Assembly (NCBI RefSeq): GCF_006345805.1
Contig: NC_043018.1
Span: 29,450,001-29,514,000 of the forward strand
DNA: 64,000 bases
DNA from: Octopus sinensis
Taxonomy: Eukaryota
Reading direction: 5' to 3'
The first letter of the stretch is position 1; each line of letters opens with the position of its first letter. Positions 37,539-50,699 of this stretch are shown piece after piece. A program made the translations under genes and the position numbers. Under the pieces are notes generated by a model that did not search any database, was not told the origin of the DNA, and saw only the letters and a list, made by a program, of their open reading frames with translations.

Positions 37539-37612
<74 letters not shown>

Positions 37613-37944
37613 AACGTGTGTGTGTATACAAAATGATAATTATTGTTATAAGATTGGATGAACAGGTTTTAATCTAACATTCCTAACAATTGTTGCTGTG
37701 CATTGTCATCACCTGATAATTGCCGTAATTTTCACATACTATACATATATTATGATCCAGCAATAGCCGTATCCCGGCACATCAGTAGGTGAGTGGCACT
37801 GAGAGCGCATCTGAATCACCTACAGTTGATTGTTTTATATCGATATGGTATTTTTAGCATTCCATTGACTACGAGCAACACGGAAATTCAAAGAGATGCA
37901 ATTGGTAAAACCCACCAAAATAAATTATTCGAAATATACATAGG

Positions 37945-38440
37945 CGTGGTTGTGTCGTAAGAAGTTTGCTTCCCAATCAAATGGTTTTGGGTTCTGTCCC
38001 ACTGCATGGCACATTTGGCTAGTGTCTATTACTTATAGACTCAGGCAGTCCAAAGACTTGCGAATGGATTCAGTAGATGGTAACTAAAAAGAAATCCGGC
38101 GTATATTTGTATGTATAGGCGTAGGAGTGGCTGTGTGGTAAGTAGCTTGTTTACTAACCACATGGTTCCGGGTTTAGCCCCACTGCGTGGAACCTTGGAC
38201 AAGTGTCTTCTACTATAGCCTCGGCCCGACTAAAGCCTTGTGAGTGGATTTGGTAGACGGAAACTGAAAGAAGCCCGTCGTATATATATGTATGTGTGCG
38301 TAACTGTCTGTGTTTGTTCCAGCATGGCCACAGTCAAATGACTGAAACAAATAAAAGAAAAAAGGGTGTACACACGCAGACACACACACACACACACACA
38401 CATACATACATATATATATATATATAATATATATATATAT

Positions 38441-38486
<46 letters not shown>

Positions 38487-38527
38487 GTATATATATATAA
38501 TATATATGTATTATATATATATATATG

Positions 38528-38603
<76 letters not shown>

Positions 38604-38870
38604 TATATATATATCGATATATGTATGTATTTATGTATGTTATGTATGTTTGTATCTGTGTGTGCTTGTCCCCCATCACCGCTTGACAACCGGTTTTGGT
38701 GCGTTTACGTCTCCATAACTTTTAGCGGTTTGGCAAAAGAGCCGATAGTATAAGTAATAGGTTCCAAAAAATAAGTACTGGGGGTGATTTTTTCAACAAA
38801 AACTCTTGGGGGCGATGCCCCAGCATGGTCGTAGTCAATTGACTGAAACAAGTGAAAGAACCAGAAAATA
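37945..38870 (+). mobile_element. Composite SINE family D: tRNA head(s), internal microsatellite, 3' module
   Basis: Heads at ~37945 and 38118 (gtggctgtgtggtaag..ggttccgggtt..cttggacaagtgtcttctactatagc); 3' module 38650-38870 ending ccagcatggtcgtagtcaattgactgaaacaagt. Confidence 0.75.
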
Positions 38871-39047
38871 TAAGGAAAAGACAACATAAATTAACAAAAC
38901 TCCTTATTCAGCTCGTTTTTAGCAACAACATATCTGGCCTTTTATGAAGATATATGAACACTTGAGATTATAATGTTGCAAATACATAACCTAGATGAAT
39001 TTCTCATCTTCTGACTCCGAATGTAGTAATTCGCGCGTGGTCAATCT

Positions 39048-39625
39048 TGTTACGATAGCTGGATATCAACTTGTCTGCCATAAGCTTAATTTTAGTCACG
39101 TCTTACCATAGCGGGACACCAACTTGTCTGTCATAAACTTTATTTACTTGTTAGCATAGTAGGATACCAACTTCTCTGACAAACTTTATTCTAATCACTT
39201 GTTACCATAGCGGGATATCAACATAATTAACTTCCATTAACTTAATTTTAGTCACGTCTTGCCATAGTGGGATGATACCTAATTGTCTGCTATGAACTTA
39301 ATTTATGAACTTGTTACCATAGCACAATAACAACTTGTCTGACACAAACTTCATTTTAGTCACTCATTACAATAGCAGGATACGAACGCGTTTGCCATAA
39401 ACTTAATTCTAGACACTTGCCACAATAGCATGATAGCAACTTGTCTGACAAACTTAATTTTAGTCACTTGTTATCATAGCGGGATACCAACTTATCCACT
39501 CATACTTAATTTTAATCACCTGTTACCATTAGGGGATACGAACATGTTTGCTATAAACTTAATTTTACTCGCTTGTTACCATAGGGGTATACCCCCTTGT
39601 CTGCTCATAAACTTAATTTTAGTCC
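39048..39625. repeat. Diverged ~53-bp minisatellite, about 11 units
   Basis: Consensus by eye: gttaccatagcgggataccaacttgtctgccataaacttaattttagtcactt. Confidence 0.9.
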
Positions 39626-39679
39626 CTTTTAAGGATGTCCCTACAGATATTTTATCGAAGTTATAGCCAGCTCTGATTC

Positions 39680-39847
39680 ACTGGGCTAAACACAGAGGGG
39701 ACAAACAAGGACAGACAAACGGATTAAGTCGATTACATCGACCCCAGTGAACTGGTACTTAATTTATTGACCCCGAAAGGTAACGGCAGACGAAATACGG
39801 CTACGCATTTCGCCCGGCGTGCTAACGTTTCTGCCAGATCGCCGCCT
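39680..39847 (-). mobile_element. SINE family A with internal deletion
   Basis: Tail, body and head in reverse complement; the B-box region is missing. Confidence 0.85.
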
Positions 39848-41162
39848 TTTAATGACTACGAAGTAAATAATAATCTTTGTGCTCTCCCGTGCGTATGTAC
39901 GGATGTGAATTTAAATATACTTTGAGACGAAACCTAATCCATATCAGGCTGGCAACATAACTATCATTTTATCTAACGTCCAAACGACAAAATCTAAATA
40001 GATTCATAACATATTTCAATATATAAGCAAACACATATTTAAAATGACAATATCGGTTATTGTTTGCACTATCGAGCATTTCCGATGAAAAATTTATGTT
40101 TCGGTATTTGCAACATTCACAATAATGTGATAGAATTATGAAGGCTTTACTTGTGTTTGTCATTATGTGTGTGTCAGTTCGTGATATTTTCTCTAAAACT
40201 GTATATATATAAGTATATGTATATATATAATTATATACGTATTATGTAAGCATTGTGTATATATCAATATTCCTGTGAAATTCCTAAGCTTTCATATGTA
40301 TGTATATATATATAGATATATATATATATATAACATTGTGCGTAATTATTACTGTTTCATAAATATATTCCTTAATGATTATCGGAACTCAAGTGTTTCT
40401 TCTATTTTCCTGAGGAATTCGTAGACTAATCAAAAACTATACAATCGTGTAAAGAATAAATGATCATCATATAACATCGGTACTGTCTCTGAATAAAGCT
40501 TTCACTGTATATATACATAAATATGTACACACAAATATATACACACTTTAATATTGAACACACGTTATGTGTGTCTGTGTGCGTGTATTTACCTGCTTGC
40601 TTACCTACCTATACTTACCAATATATATATGTATATATTTACATATATATACACATGTATATATACACACAGTGAGACATATAGATATTTGTGTATAAAT
40701 AAAGGTGTATATTTACCAATATGTGTATATTTACACATACGTATATGTATCTATGTATATATATGTATGTGTCTGTATATACGTATACAATCTGTTTCCT
40801 GTTATCTCTTCAAGTCTGGTTATTTTTGTAAGCAGAAATTTGATTTTAAAAAAAGCAAAAAAAATATGAGAAAACTTTAAAAGTTCACTTCCGGCAAAAA
40901 GAGTTACGCAGAGTTGATCTCCATGCTGATCGTCGAAAACCGGAAGTTGACTAATAGACTATATTTGCTGCTTTGAAACAGAAGGGTGTCCACGTGTCTA
41001 TCTTTTTCTCTGTATACTTGTTTGTTGCTCGTGTGTATGTACGTATGTAGGTGTGAACAATATTGAAGTATACCTTCCATGTGTTCGTAGGTCTGCTATT
41101 GTCGAGCGTTTAGGTGTGAATGCATATTTATGCATCCGGATGTGTCTACTATATTTAAATGG

Positions 41163-41385
41163 ACGAGCTGGCAGAAACGTTAGCACGCCGGGCGAGACGC
41201 GTAGCCGTATTTCGTCTGCCGTTACGTTCTGAGTTCAAATTCCACCGAGGTCGACTTTGCCTTTCATTCTTTCGGGGTTGATAAATTAAATACCAGTTTC
41301 GCACTGGAGACGATGTAATCAACTTAATCCCTTTGTCCTTGTTTGTCCCCTCTATGTTTAGCCCTTTGTGCGCAATAAAGAAATA
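41163..41385 (+). mobile_element. SINE family A, full monomer
   Basis: Complete head, body and tail; tatttaaatgga appears on both sides (TSD-like). Confidence 0.92.
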
Positions 41386-42597
41386 TATATTTAAATGGAT
41401 GTGTGTGCGCCAGTGCGGACGTAGAGATGTTTTTGTGTGTCGTGTAGCACTGTGACTGACTTGGTCCAGTGTTTATGTGTATTTGTGCGCTGTCTGACTT
41501 TTGACTAATGGAAGTTGAATGATTTCGTAATCGACGGTGGTTTCTTCGTCTCTGTGGTCAGATACTACGGATGCAAAGCGGGACGCAACGAAGAGAGAAA
41601 AGATGCCCTCCTAATAACCGCTTATCTGTTTCGTCGAGCATCTATCGTCGTCAGGTTTTACTTTTTACAGCGAGCTGGATGATACTAGAGACTTAGGAAT
41701 ATGTAATGTGATTGATACGTACGACCAAAACATCCAAGTGGTGCTGCAGCATGGTCACAGTTCAATGACTGAAGCAAGTCAAAGAAATAATAGATGACAA
41801 TATAAAGGTACATACCAACACTTTTTCTACGTTTCTAGGTACGTATATAGTAATATATTAGTATATTTGGTTACATACATAATCTGCCAGTACGTGTTAC
41901 AGGTATGAAGTGGAAAGCCCTACTGACGATTGATTATTCAGCTTTGGAGACGGACAGATCAGGTAGCATATTATGAACGGAGTGTAGTAAGCGTGGGCTA
42001 AATATGTTGTGAGGTTCTGACTTGTGGGTTGGGTGAAAAGACGGCATGGGTGTGATGTGATGGTGTGGGGATAGTGGTAGGAAAGGTATTTGTTGGGGGA
42101 AGCGCAGCATGGCTAGCTGTGGGATGGGATGGAGTAGAAGCAGGGAGTAAGGGTGTGTATTTTTTCTTCTCTTTTTTGCTAACAAAAGAGGATCGCTGGT
42201 GGAGTTGAATAAGGGGAACGAAGCTTTAGGTGTGCCACAGATCTTGTAGATGTCCGATCAGTGTCCTATGTAATATATAATTGTTGATATTGAAAACCCC
42301 GACTATATTTTTCAAATTAGCAAATTCTAAGGCATATGAGCAGGCAGGATCGGTAGCGCATCAGACAAAATACTTAGCGACATTTCTTCCGACATTTTCC
42401 CAAGTTTAAATCCTGTCGAGGGCAAATTTGCATTTCATTCCCCTTCGAGTTCGATGACATGAAGTATCAGTCAAATACTGGATCGATGTTATCGACTTTA
42501 TCCTTCCTCTTCAATATTACCGGGCTAGAATCTTGCAATGGGCCACCGTCCTTTTCAGAGACAATATTATGATCTTAGTTGTGTTTATACCAAGGAG

Positions 42598-42990
42598 AAG
42601 GCGGCGAGCTGGCAGAAACGTTAGCATGCCGGGCGAAATGCGTAGCCGTATTTCATCTGCAGTTACGTTCAAATTCCGCCAAGGTCGACATGCCTTTCAT
42701 CCTTTCGGGGTTGATGTATTAAGTACCAGTTACGCACTGGCGTCGATATAATCGACTTAATCCGTTTGTCTGTCCTTGTTTGTCCTTTCCGTGTTTAGCT
42801 CCTTGTGGGTAGTAAAGAAATAGGTATTTCGTGTGTCTTTAGGTTCCGTGTCCAAATGCTACCGAGGTCGGCATTCTTTCATCCTTTTGGGGTCGATAAA
42901 ATAATTACCAGTTGTGGATTAGGATCAATGCAATCGGTTTACACACTCCGACCCACGACATTTCAGGTCCTGTGCCTATATTAGAAAACA
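42598..42990 (+). mobile_element. SINE family A dimer
   Basis: Full monomer, then a headless second unit starting ggtatttcg and ending gtgcctatattagaaaa. Confidence 0.85.
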
Positions 42991-43623
42991 TATGCCATGG
43001 GAATCGGTAACCGGCTTTATGATAATTAAGTCTCAAGGAAAAAGGTTTTCTCGTTATTTAGCCTTAAATAGGAATCGCTGTAAAATACGTTTCCTTGACA
43101 TCATACAAATAACCGTACACAACTCACACACAAAAGCACAAACTCGTATATGAAGGAGCAAAAAATACGAAATCGCTGGCTACAAGACAAATATTACAAT
43201 CGAAAATAAAACCATTTAACAGAATCAAAACAAATAAAAACGCTATTTTCTAATTATATTTGAAGAATTAAAATAACTATACATATTAACAACCTGGAGA
43301 TAACAGCATTACGTGAACCGCACAATTCTGTGTCTGGACACCGTATTACCATATGCATAATACAGATACGGAACTTTATTTCAAGAGATATAGAGACTGG
43401 TAACAAAAGAATAAGGAAAACGAGGAAATTTAGCAATAAATTTTGGCAAAGATTTATGGTCTGGAATCATGTTTTTGGCAAGGTCAGTCTTGGTCTCTGC
43501 ATCAGCTCTATGAATAATCAATGTGGTTTCTCGTTAGTGAAAATTTTCCGCCTTTTGTTGTTATTTTCATATATATGTATATATATATATATTGTGTGTG
43601 TGTAAATATATATATATAATATA

Positions 43624-43699
<76 letters not shown>

Positions 43700-43886
43700 G
43701 ATATATATGCATGTGTGTATATATGTATTTATATAGGTATGTATATGCAGAAATAGGATAAAATTGTATTTATTCAGAAAAATAGATTCATCACACATGC
43801 ATGAATACGTATATACATATTTACATACACGCACACACACGCACACACACACACACACACACACAACACACACACACACACACATA

Positions 43887-43917
<31 letters not shown>

Positions 43918-44049
43918 CATATATATCTATATATGTATACATATGTATATGAATATATATGAGTCTGTGTGAATATACATCTGTTTATATACATCTGTTT
44001 TTATATACATATAAATATATATATATATACTCACACACGCACGCAACAC

Positions 44050-44560
44050 ACAGGGTGCGGTGAATAAACTGTCGTCTAAATTAGGCAACACTGAAAATAG
44101 CACTTGGTAGTTTGGTGGCCAGATGTTAAGGTGGCTGTGGTCGCAGAAATTGTCTGATAACCATGAGTGAGCTCTCATTATTGTGAGACATGATGCAGTG
44201 TCCTGTTGCCAGACAGAGTCTTCCAGCAACCACCCTCTTCGCCCAGGGCAGCAGTACCTTCTCCTGGCACTTGATGTAGGCCTCCATGTTGAGCCTGAGA
44301 CCGTGTGGGAAGACGAATAGAGGCATAACGTCGCCATCACTTGTTTGATATTCATCAGTCTCGGCACATGTCCTCAGATTGCACTCTCCTCAGATTGACA
44401 CCCAAATACTCTGAAATGTTCGGATTAGAACTTCCAGCGCGAATGCCAAAGAGAACAGCATGTCGTTTCCCAAAAAGGTTGACTATTGAAAAGTTTGCAA
44501 GACGGAACGAACATTTTAGAAAATTTTACCGGTGAGTGGAAATTTTACCGGTGAGTGTGT
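44050..44560 (-). mobile_element. Internally deleted Tc1/mariner-superfamily element (maT/DD37D-like)
   Basis: N-terminal RHAVLFGIRAGSSNPNISEYLGVNLR and C-terminal MPLFVFPHGLRLN..LLPW..VWQQDTA..WLSDNF..IWPPN; cagggtg at the left end. Confidence 0.75.
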
Positions 44561-44685
44561 TAAATTGTAAGGCACTAAAAGAGAATGACTCTCCCCAGAC
44601 ACAGCAGAATATGCTTCAACACACGAACTCACATAAAGAATCTCACAAACCAAATCCAGAAATTATATATATACATATATATATA

Positions 44686-44889
44686 GTTAATCCAAACAAG
44701 AAAGCACAAAAAAACACAACAACGCGAGGACGTGGAACAAATATAGTATTATTGGACGCTCAGGAAAGGAGGAAAGAAGGAGGGTTTAACGTTTCGAGCG
44801 GAGCTCTTCGTCGGAAACATAGGAGAAGGAAAGATCCAGAGAAGGGAAGACAGAGGAAAAAAATTGCCAACGGTACACACGAGGTCACA
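44686..44889 (-). mobile_element. 204-bp Penelope-type solo pLTR/retrozyme-like unit between (TA)n tracts
   Basis: Contains a minimal hammerhead at 44784-44818; TA repeats on both sides. Confidence 0.65.
44784..44818 (-). ncRNA. Minimal type I hammerhead motif (U4C variant)
   Basis: gttt-CCGACGA-a-gagc-tcc-gctc-GAAAC-GTT-aaac; stems I and II pair fully, and stem III is the palindrome AACGTT. Confidence 0.7.
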
Positions 44890-45599
44890 TTTATATATAT
44901 ATATATATATAAATATAATTAATATAACTCTTTTTTTATTTATTTCACCCCCATAGTCAAAAATTTCTTTTATACTTTCAAAGAACTACTACCCAATCCA
45001 GTGAGGTATGTGTTACCTTTGTCCCTATACCTCGCCCTCCTCTTTCTCTCTCTTTCCCTCTATCTATAGTAAGCACAATCAAACACACAGACACAAACCG
45101 TTCACCTCACCACTGTCTGTTTTCTGACATCCACCCATCCACAAAGCCAATCACGCACACACATATATACACACACACACACACTTTAATGAGGTTATAT
45201 ACAGTCACACACACAGACACTCATTCACAAAAGAAAATTCACCATTCATTTGAACTACACCCTTTCACCTTCCTATTCTTATGCCTCTCTTCTCCTACTT
45301 CGTTTGAACTCTTGAACCTTTAGAACCTTCTAGAATTTTCTACATCCAACCATTTTGACGTCATTCCTTATAAAGGAATTTTTTAAAGAGACACTCATTA
45401 TCGCTATGGGCTCCATGTGAGCAGTCATCTAAAAATTTTTTGTGCATCTTGATGTTGACATAAGTTCCTTGCTTTTTCCTGACGAGAAAGCGGCATAATA
45501 TACTCCTTATTCCTTCGCAATTAGGAATATGCAGCCTTCGAAACATATGTCGAAGATAAAGGAATTTTGTTAATTCGTCGTTCAACTCCATTCTTTCAT

Positions 45600-45660
<61 letters not shown>

Positions 45661-45730
45661 GCGGGGACAAACACAGACACACAAACATACATACACACAC
45701 ACACACACACTCATATATATATATATACAT

Positions 45731-45849
45731 ATATAGGGTCATATCACGTTGAAAGCGCCGGTTCTCATCTGATCACCGATGTCAAACAACATCGAGCCTA
45801 GTTAGTGCTTAGACGGATGAACGCTTAGTAAATCTCGGTGCTGTAAGCA
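45731..45849 (+). pseudogene. 5S rRNA: Degenerate 5S rRNA pseudogene
   Basis: ggtcatatcacgttgaaagcgccggttctcatctgatcaccgatgtcaaacaacatcgagcctagttagtgcttagacggatg..ggtgctgtaagc, with many substitutions. Confidence 0.88.
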
Positions 45850-46054
45850 TTCCGTTTAATAATTATATATATACAGTCTTATTGAGTGCTTGTCTCTTTA
45901 GGACATCTATGCAGGGAAAGCACTAATGTATACATACAAAAACAAACGTATAAAATGACATCTGCATTTTCACTCGAGGATTCACAGTCTAATTGTTTGG
46001 GTACATACATAATTTCTGAGGAATTCTATGCCAAATCTTACACACAAACACATA

Positions 46055-46066
46055 TCTATCCATCTG

Positions 46067-46157
<91 letters not shown>

Positions 46158-46208
46158 GTCTATCTATCTATCTATCTTTCTATCTATCTATCTACCTATC
46201 TACCTATC

Positions 46209-46260
<52 letters not shown>
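46055..46260. repeat. (TATC)n plus (TA)n microsatellite
   Basis: Direct reading. Confidence 0.93.
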
Positions 46261-46264
<4 letters not shown>

Positions 46265-47160
46265 CATTTCATGAAATCAAGAAAGATAGTTTAGTGGACT
46301 TGCCAAAAGAGCTGGCAAAATCTTCAGACAGGGAATAGTAAGCAGGAAAGAAATTAATGAAAGACAACAGGATTTCATATTCACTATATTTGATAACTGC
46401 AGTTTCTCAATAATTTTTGCCTTGTCAAGGTTTTCGTTAAGAAATGCTCCGTCCGTAACGTTGGATTTTCCACCCTTCACGGCAAGATCTCTATTCATTT
46501 TATCGATTTTTCTAAATAATATAAGTCATTCTGACAGGCCAAATCTTATAACTTTTTGGGCGTCTGTTTGATATATACATGTATGTGTTGGTGTGTGTAT
46601 GTGTGTGAGTGTGTGTGATTCTGGATGTGTGTGTGTCGATTTAATACAAAATTACGAAAGAGCTATTAATAGTTTCATGTTTTATGATACATTAAATTCT
46701 GCGATTCATAAAACACACCATGCATCTTCAATCTTTCAAGTTCTGTTCATGTATTTTAGAAACCAGGACGCTAGAGTATGAGAAAATAAGAAAAAAAAAA
46801 CGATTAAAAAAAAAACAGCGAAGAAGATTGGTGCAAAATGTGTAACTAGAAGAAACAAACAACAACAAAAAAACGTTAGAAAGCAGGTATATTCTATCAC
46901 TTTCATTGTAGAAATCATAATGTATCTGTTATATTCTTTAGCACCAGCTACATTATTCGATCTATTGACCGTTTGATTAAGCAGAACTATGAACGCAGCT
47001 CTATACCAGAAACTGCTGAAAGTAAAAATGCACAAATAATAAAATATGTAAAGCACATTATTTATGCATATGTATGCATGTATGTATATATTATGAAGGC
47101 AAGTAAGTATGCATATATACATGTATGTATTGACATATATATGCTTATATGTGCGTGAAT

Positions 47161-47196
<36 letters not shown>

Positions 47197-47227
47197 CATA
47201 TGCTTATATATGTATATAAACACACAT

Positions 47228-47300
<73 letters not shown>

Positions 47301-47399
47301 CAGAGATACACATACGCACATTTAAATATACATATGTGTGTGTGTGAATATTTATACATATGAGTGTTGTCTGTATGTAAGTATATAGATACATACAGG

Positions 47400-47715
47400 A
47401 GACTCCTTCGGTCACGAATGACCGTGCGATTGCACCTAGAATTCCCACTCCCCGAGGCACAAGTCCATGCAATGCTGTTGGTGGAAGGCCAGCAGTGTCC
47501 CATGCATACCAGCCTCCCCTCTCCACGCCACCGATGTTATCTAAGGGAAAGGCAAAGGCCGATACAGCTTGGCACCAGTGACATTGCAACTCATTTCTAC
47601 AACTAAGTTAACTGAAGCAACATGAAATAAATTGTCTTGGTCAAGAACACAACACGCAGCCCGGACCGGGAAAAGAACTCACAAACTCACGATCATAAGC
47701 TTGACGCTCTAACAT
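47400..47715 (-). mobile_element. SINE family B with longer 3' part
   Basis: Homologous to 17035-17356. Confidence 0.8.
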
Positions 47716-48083
47716 ACACACACATTAGCATATATATTAGTGTATTGCTGCTGCTACGATATAGCTCGGAGAGAAACATTTGAAGACCAAGATTTTGATA
47801 TCACAATAAACTGAAATACGGCCATCCAGCAGAATTCCTGTCCAAGACGCAATAGGGTAAGCAAGCGAAACTTAGATTACATTTATGTGTCTGGACACTA
47901 CTGAAGTCCTAAATGAATCAAGGGGTAGATCAATTCAGTAACATTTGGTTAAAATGTATCGACTTTCTCGAAAAACAAGATAGTTGCCACGAAGTTATAA
48001 TCAACCGAATGTTCAGCTCTTATTTGCTGACTCACAGACACACGCAGGCATCATGACGTATATATTCCTGCCTCATATATATA

Positions 48084-49358
48084 CGAGGGGCGTTCAATAT
48101 GTAATGCCCCTGACCCACTTCCCATAGCAGTAGAGCAACGAAACTTGACACAGTTATTAGTCTTTTTCTACATAGGAACCACCCAGACTTATGTATTTCT
48201 CCCATCGTTTGATGCAGCTCTGGAGACCGTTTTTGTAGAAGACCCAAGCTTGGTCCTCCAACCACGACGTGACTTCAGAAATCAAGGCTGCATCATCTGG
48301 GAAACGCTTTCCTTTCAAAAACAACTTCATGGCTGGGAAGAGGTGAAAATCAGAGGGTGCAGGTCAGGAGAGTAGGGGGAATGGGAGAGGAGTTCATAGC
48401 CACACGCTTGTGCTTCTGATCTGGCGACACGCGAGTTGTGGATCGGAGCGTTGTCCTGCAGGAGGAGGATGCCTTTGCTGATCTTGCCCCGCCTCTTGAT
48501 TTTGATAGCTTCTCTTAATTTCCTCAAAAGTAAAGCATAATAGACTCCTGTAATTGTGGCACCCTTTGCCAGGAAATATGTCATCACTATTCCGTCCTGG
48601 TCCCAGAAGACTGTGAGCATGACCTTGCCAGCGGAGGGCTGCACCCTTGCCTTCTTTGGAGGAGGTGAGTCACGGTGCTTCTACTGCATTGACTGGGCTT
48701 TGGTCTCTGGATCGTAGTGATTGACACAGGTTTCATCTTGTGTAATCAGTCTTTTGAAAAATTTGACTCATCTTCTTGGCACATCTTCAAATTCATCCTC
48801 GCGCAATCGACGCGTTCTTGCTTCTGGAAAGGTGTGAGCAACCTGGGAATCCATCTGGCAGACACCTTTTGCATATGCAAATGGTCATAAAGTATAGTTT
48901 CCACGGACCCGGTACTAATCTTGACCTCATGGGATATTTGGCGAATAGTTATGCGTCGATCTTCCAAAATGGCAGCCTCAACTTGACGGACAGATGCCTC
49001 ATCAATGGCAGAAGGGGGCGACCAGATTTGGGAGCTGTTTCCACAAAGTTCCGACCATGTTTGAATTCACGATGCCAGCGTTTTACAAGGTCATATGATG
49101 GGGCATCATCACCATAAGTTACTTTTATTTCATCAAAAGTCTCCCGTGGTGTGCGTCCTTTCAAATACAAAAAACGCATCACTGCTCGACACTCAACAGG
49201 CTCAGTTTCACACTTGACTCAGTTCAAACACCTGTACATCAGAAACCACATAATTTGCCACGTAATCTATAGAGATATAAATAATTGCACATGCAAAATT
49301 TCAGCTAGATCAAAGAAAGGCAAGTGGGTCAGGGGCATTACTTATTGAACGCCCCTCG
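48084..49358 (-). mobile_element. Full-length mariner (DD34D) transposon, 1275 bp
   Basis: ~34-bp TIRs cgaggggcgttcaata(t/a)gtaatgcccctgaccca with 1 mismatch; TA duplication at 48082-48083 and 49359-49360. Confidence 0.96.
48157..49206 (-). pseudogene. Mariner transposase, frameshifted
   Basis: HTH N-terminus (..RWHREFKHGR..SGRP), WIPRLL, ITQDET, LLQDNAP, YSPDL, C-terminus GSYVEKD*; split over at least three frames with an internal stop. Confidence 0.93.
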
Positions 49359-49558
49359 TATATGTGTGTGTGTGCGTGCGTGCGTGTGTGTGTGTGTGTA
49401 TGTGTGTGTGTGTGTGTGTGTGTTATAGGAAGTTCGCTTCGCAACCACATGGTTCCAGATTCACCTTAGTCAAGGGTCTTCTATTATAGCTTCTGGCTGA
49501 ATAAAGCCTTGTGAGCGAATTTAGAAGACAAAAACTGAAAGACGTCTGTCATACATAA

Positions 49559-49606
<48 letters not shown>

Positions 49607-49849
49607 TATGTATATATATATGCATACGTATACACACACATATATATACATATATATATTTACACATATATATATACGTATATACCGGTTAATAATCTGA
49701 ATGGAGGCAACACAAGTAGAAACTAGACACTACAACTCCAGTCTGTATTTTATTAGCATTAGCGATCTCATAAAGTAGTTTATCATATATATATATATGT
49801 GTACATACCTACATCTATATGTATATATACATGCATATATGGGTACAGG

Positions 49850-50565
49850 ATATCACAAATAAATGTAGAACACAACGAGAAACGAAAACATAAAAACAAA
49901 ACATGGAAACGGACTTTTTTTAACAACGAAAAACAGACTACAAGATATACAACACAAGGAACATTCCTCTTCTTCAGCTGCCCCTGTTTCGACTCAATGC
50001 CTGTTTCGAAGGTAAGGGCAGGACACGACCCCGCCGAAACAGTCCTTTCCGCAAAGCAAACCAAACAAAATTTGGGATTTTTTTGCGGAGGGGTAAAAAA
50101 GTGACAAGACCAAGACAGTAAAAGCAATAGAAATAAAGATAAAAACAGTAAAAGACAGGGCAATGAGAAACAAACGATAAGGGTTTTTTAAGCCAAGACG
50201 GTGGAAGAATTCATTCGAACGCATAGAGAGAACGGCTTACGAAGACAGGAGAAGCCGTTGTTGACTTTTTGAAGGCAGTAGTCAGAAAGTTAGTAGCCCT
50301 CTGGTCAGGAGGAGGAGTGAGGGAGAGAGGGAACGGAGAAAGGGAGAGGAGAAGAAACCAGAAAGGATGAAAAATAAGAGAGGGAGAGAGACAGGTAGAG
50401 AGGAAGACAGACAAGCAGGGAGGAAAGGTCAAGTAAAGAGTTAAGAGTGCGGGCTTGATGTTTCGAGCTTACGCTCTTAAACAGGAATGACCGAGAGGGG
50501 AAAAAGTTGAGAGTAGGAAAAGAAGGAGAGAGAAAACAGTGTTTAGGAAGTGACGATTCAACATG
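49850..50565 (-). mobile_element. Probable Penelope-derived fragment with decayed hammerhead (50454-50487)
   Basis: Minus strand ctgttta-a-gagc-gtaa-gctc-GAAAC-atc; pyrimidine-rich body; TA-rich repeats on both sides. Confidence 0.45.
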
Positions 50566-50578
50566 ATGAATATATATA

Positions 50579-50663
<85 letters not shown>

Positions 50664-50699
50664 ACACATATGTGTCTATACATATAACATACTGGACCG

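Noticed and set aside
39048-39625. CRISPR-like regular array
   Set aside because: The whole unit is homologous between copies, there are no unique spacers, the context is eukaryotic and there are no cas genes.
40882-40952. 13-bp inverted repeat containing paired ETS-like CCGGAAGT motifs
   Set aside because: Too short to distinguish a regulatory site from a transposon relic or chance.
41616-41658. Hammerhead-like CTGACGA..GAAAC on the minus strand
   Set aside because: The base of stem II is unpaired and stems I and III cannot be formed convincingly; it may be chance or heavily decayed.
45361-45600. 78-codon open frame (MELNDELTKFLYLR..)
   Set aside because: No recognisable motif or splice signals; it abuts a TA repeat.
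46277-47030. Short open frames and an acceptor-like site at ~47030 (minus)
   Set aside because: No convincing donor and no identifiable protein.
49960-50040. CTGAAGA and two GAAAC motifs on the minus strand
   Set aside because: The order and pairing do not fit any hammerhead topology.
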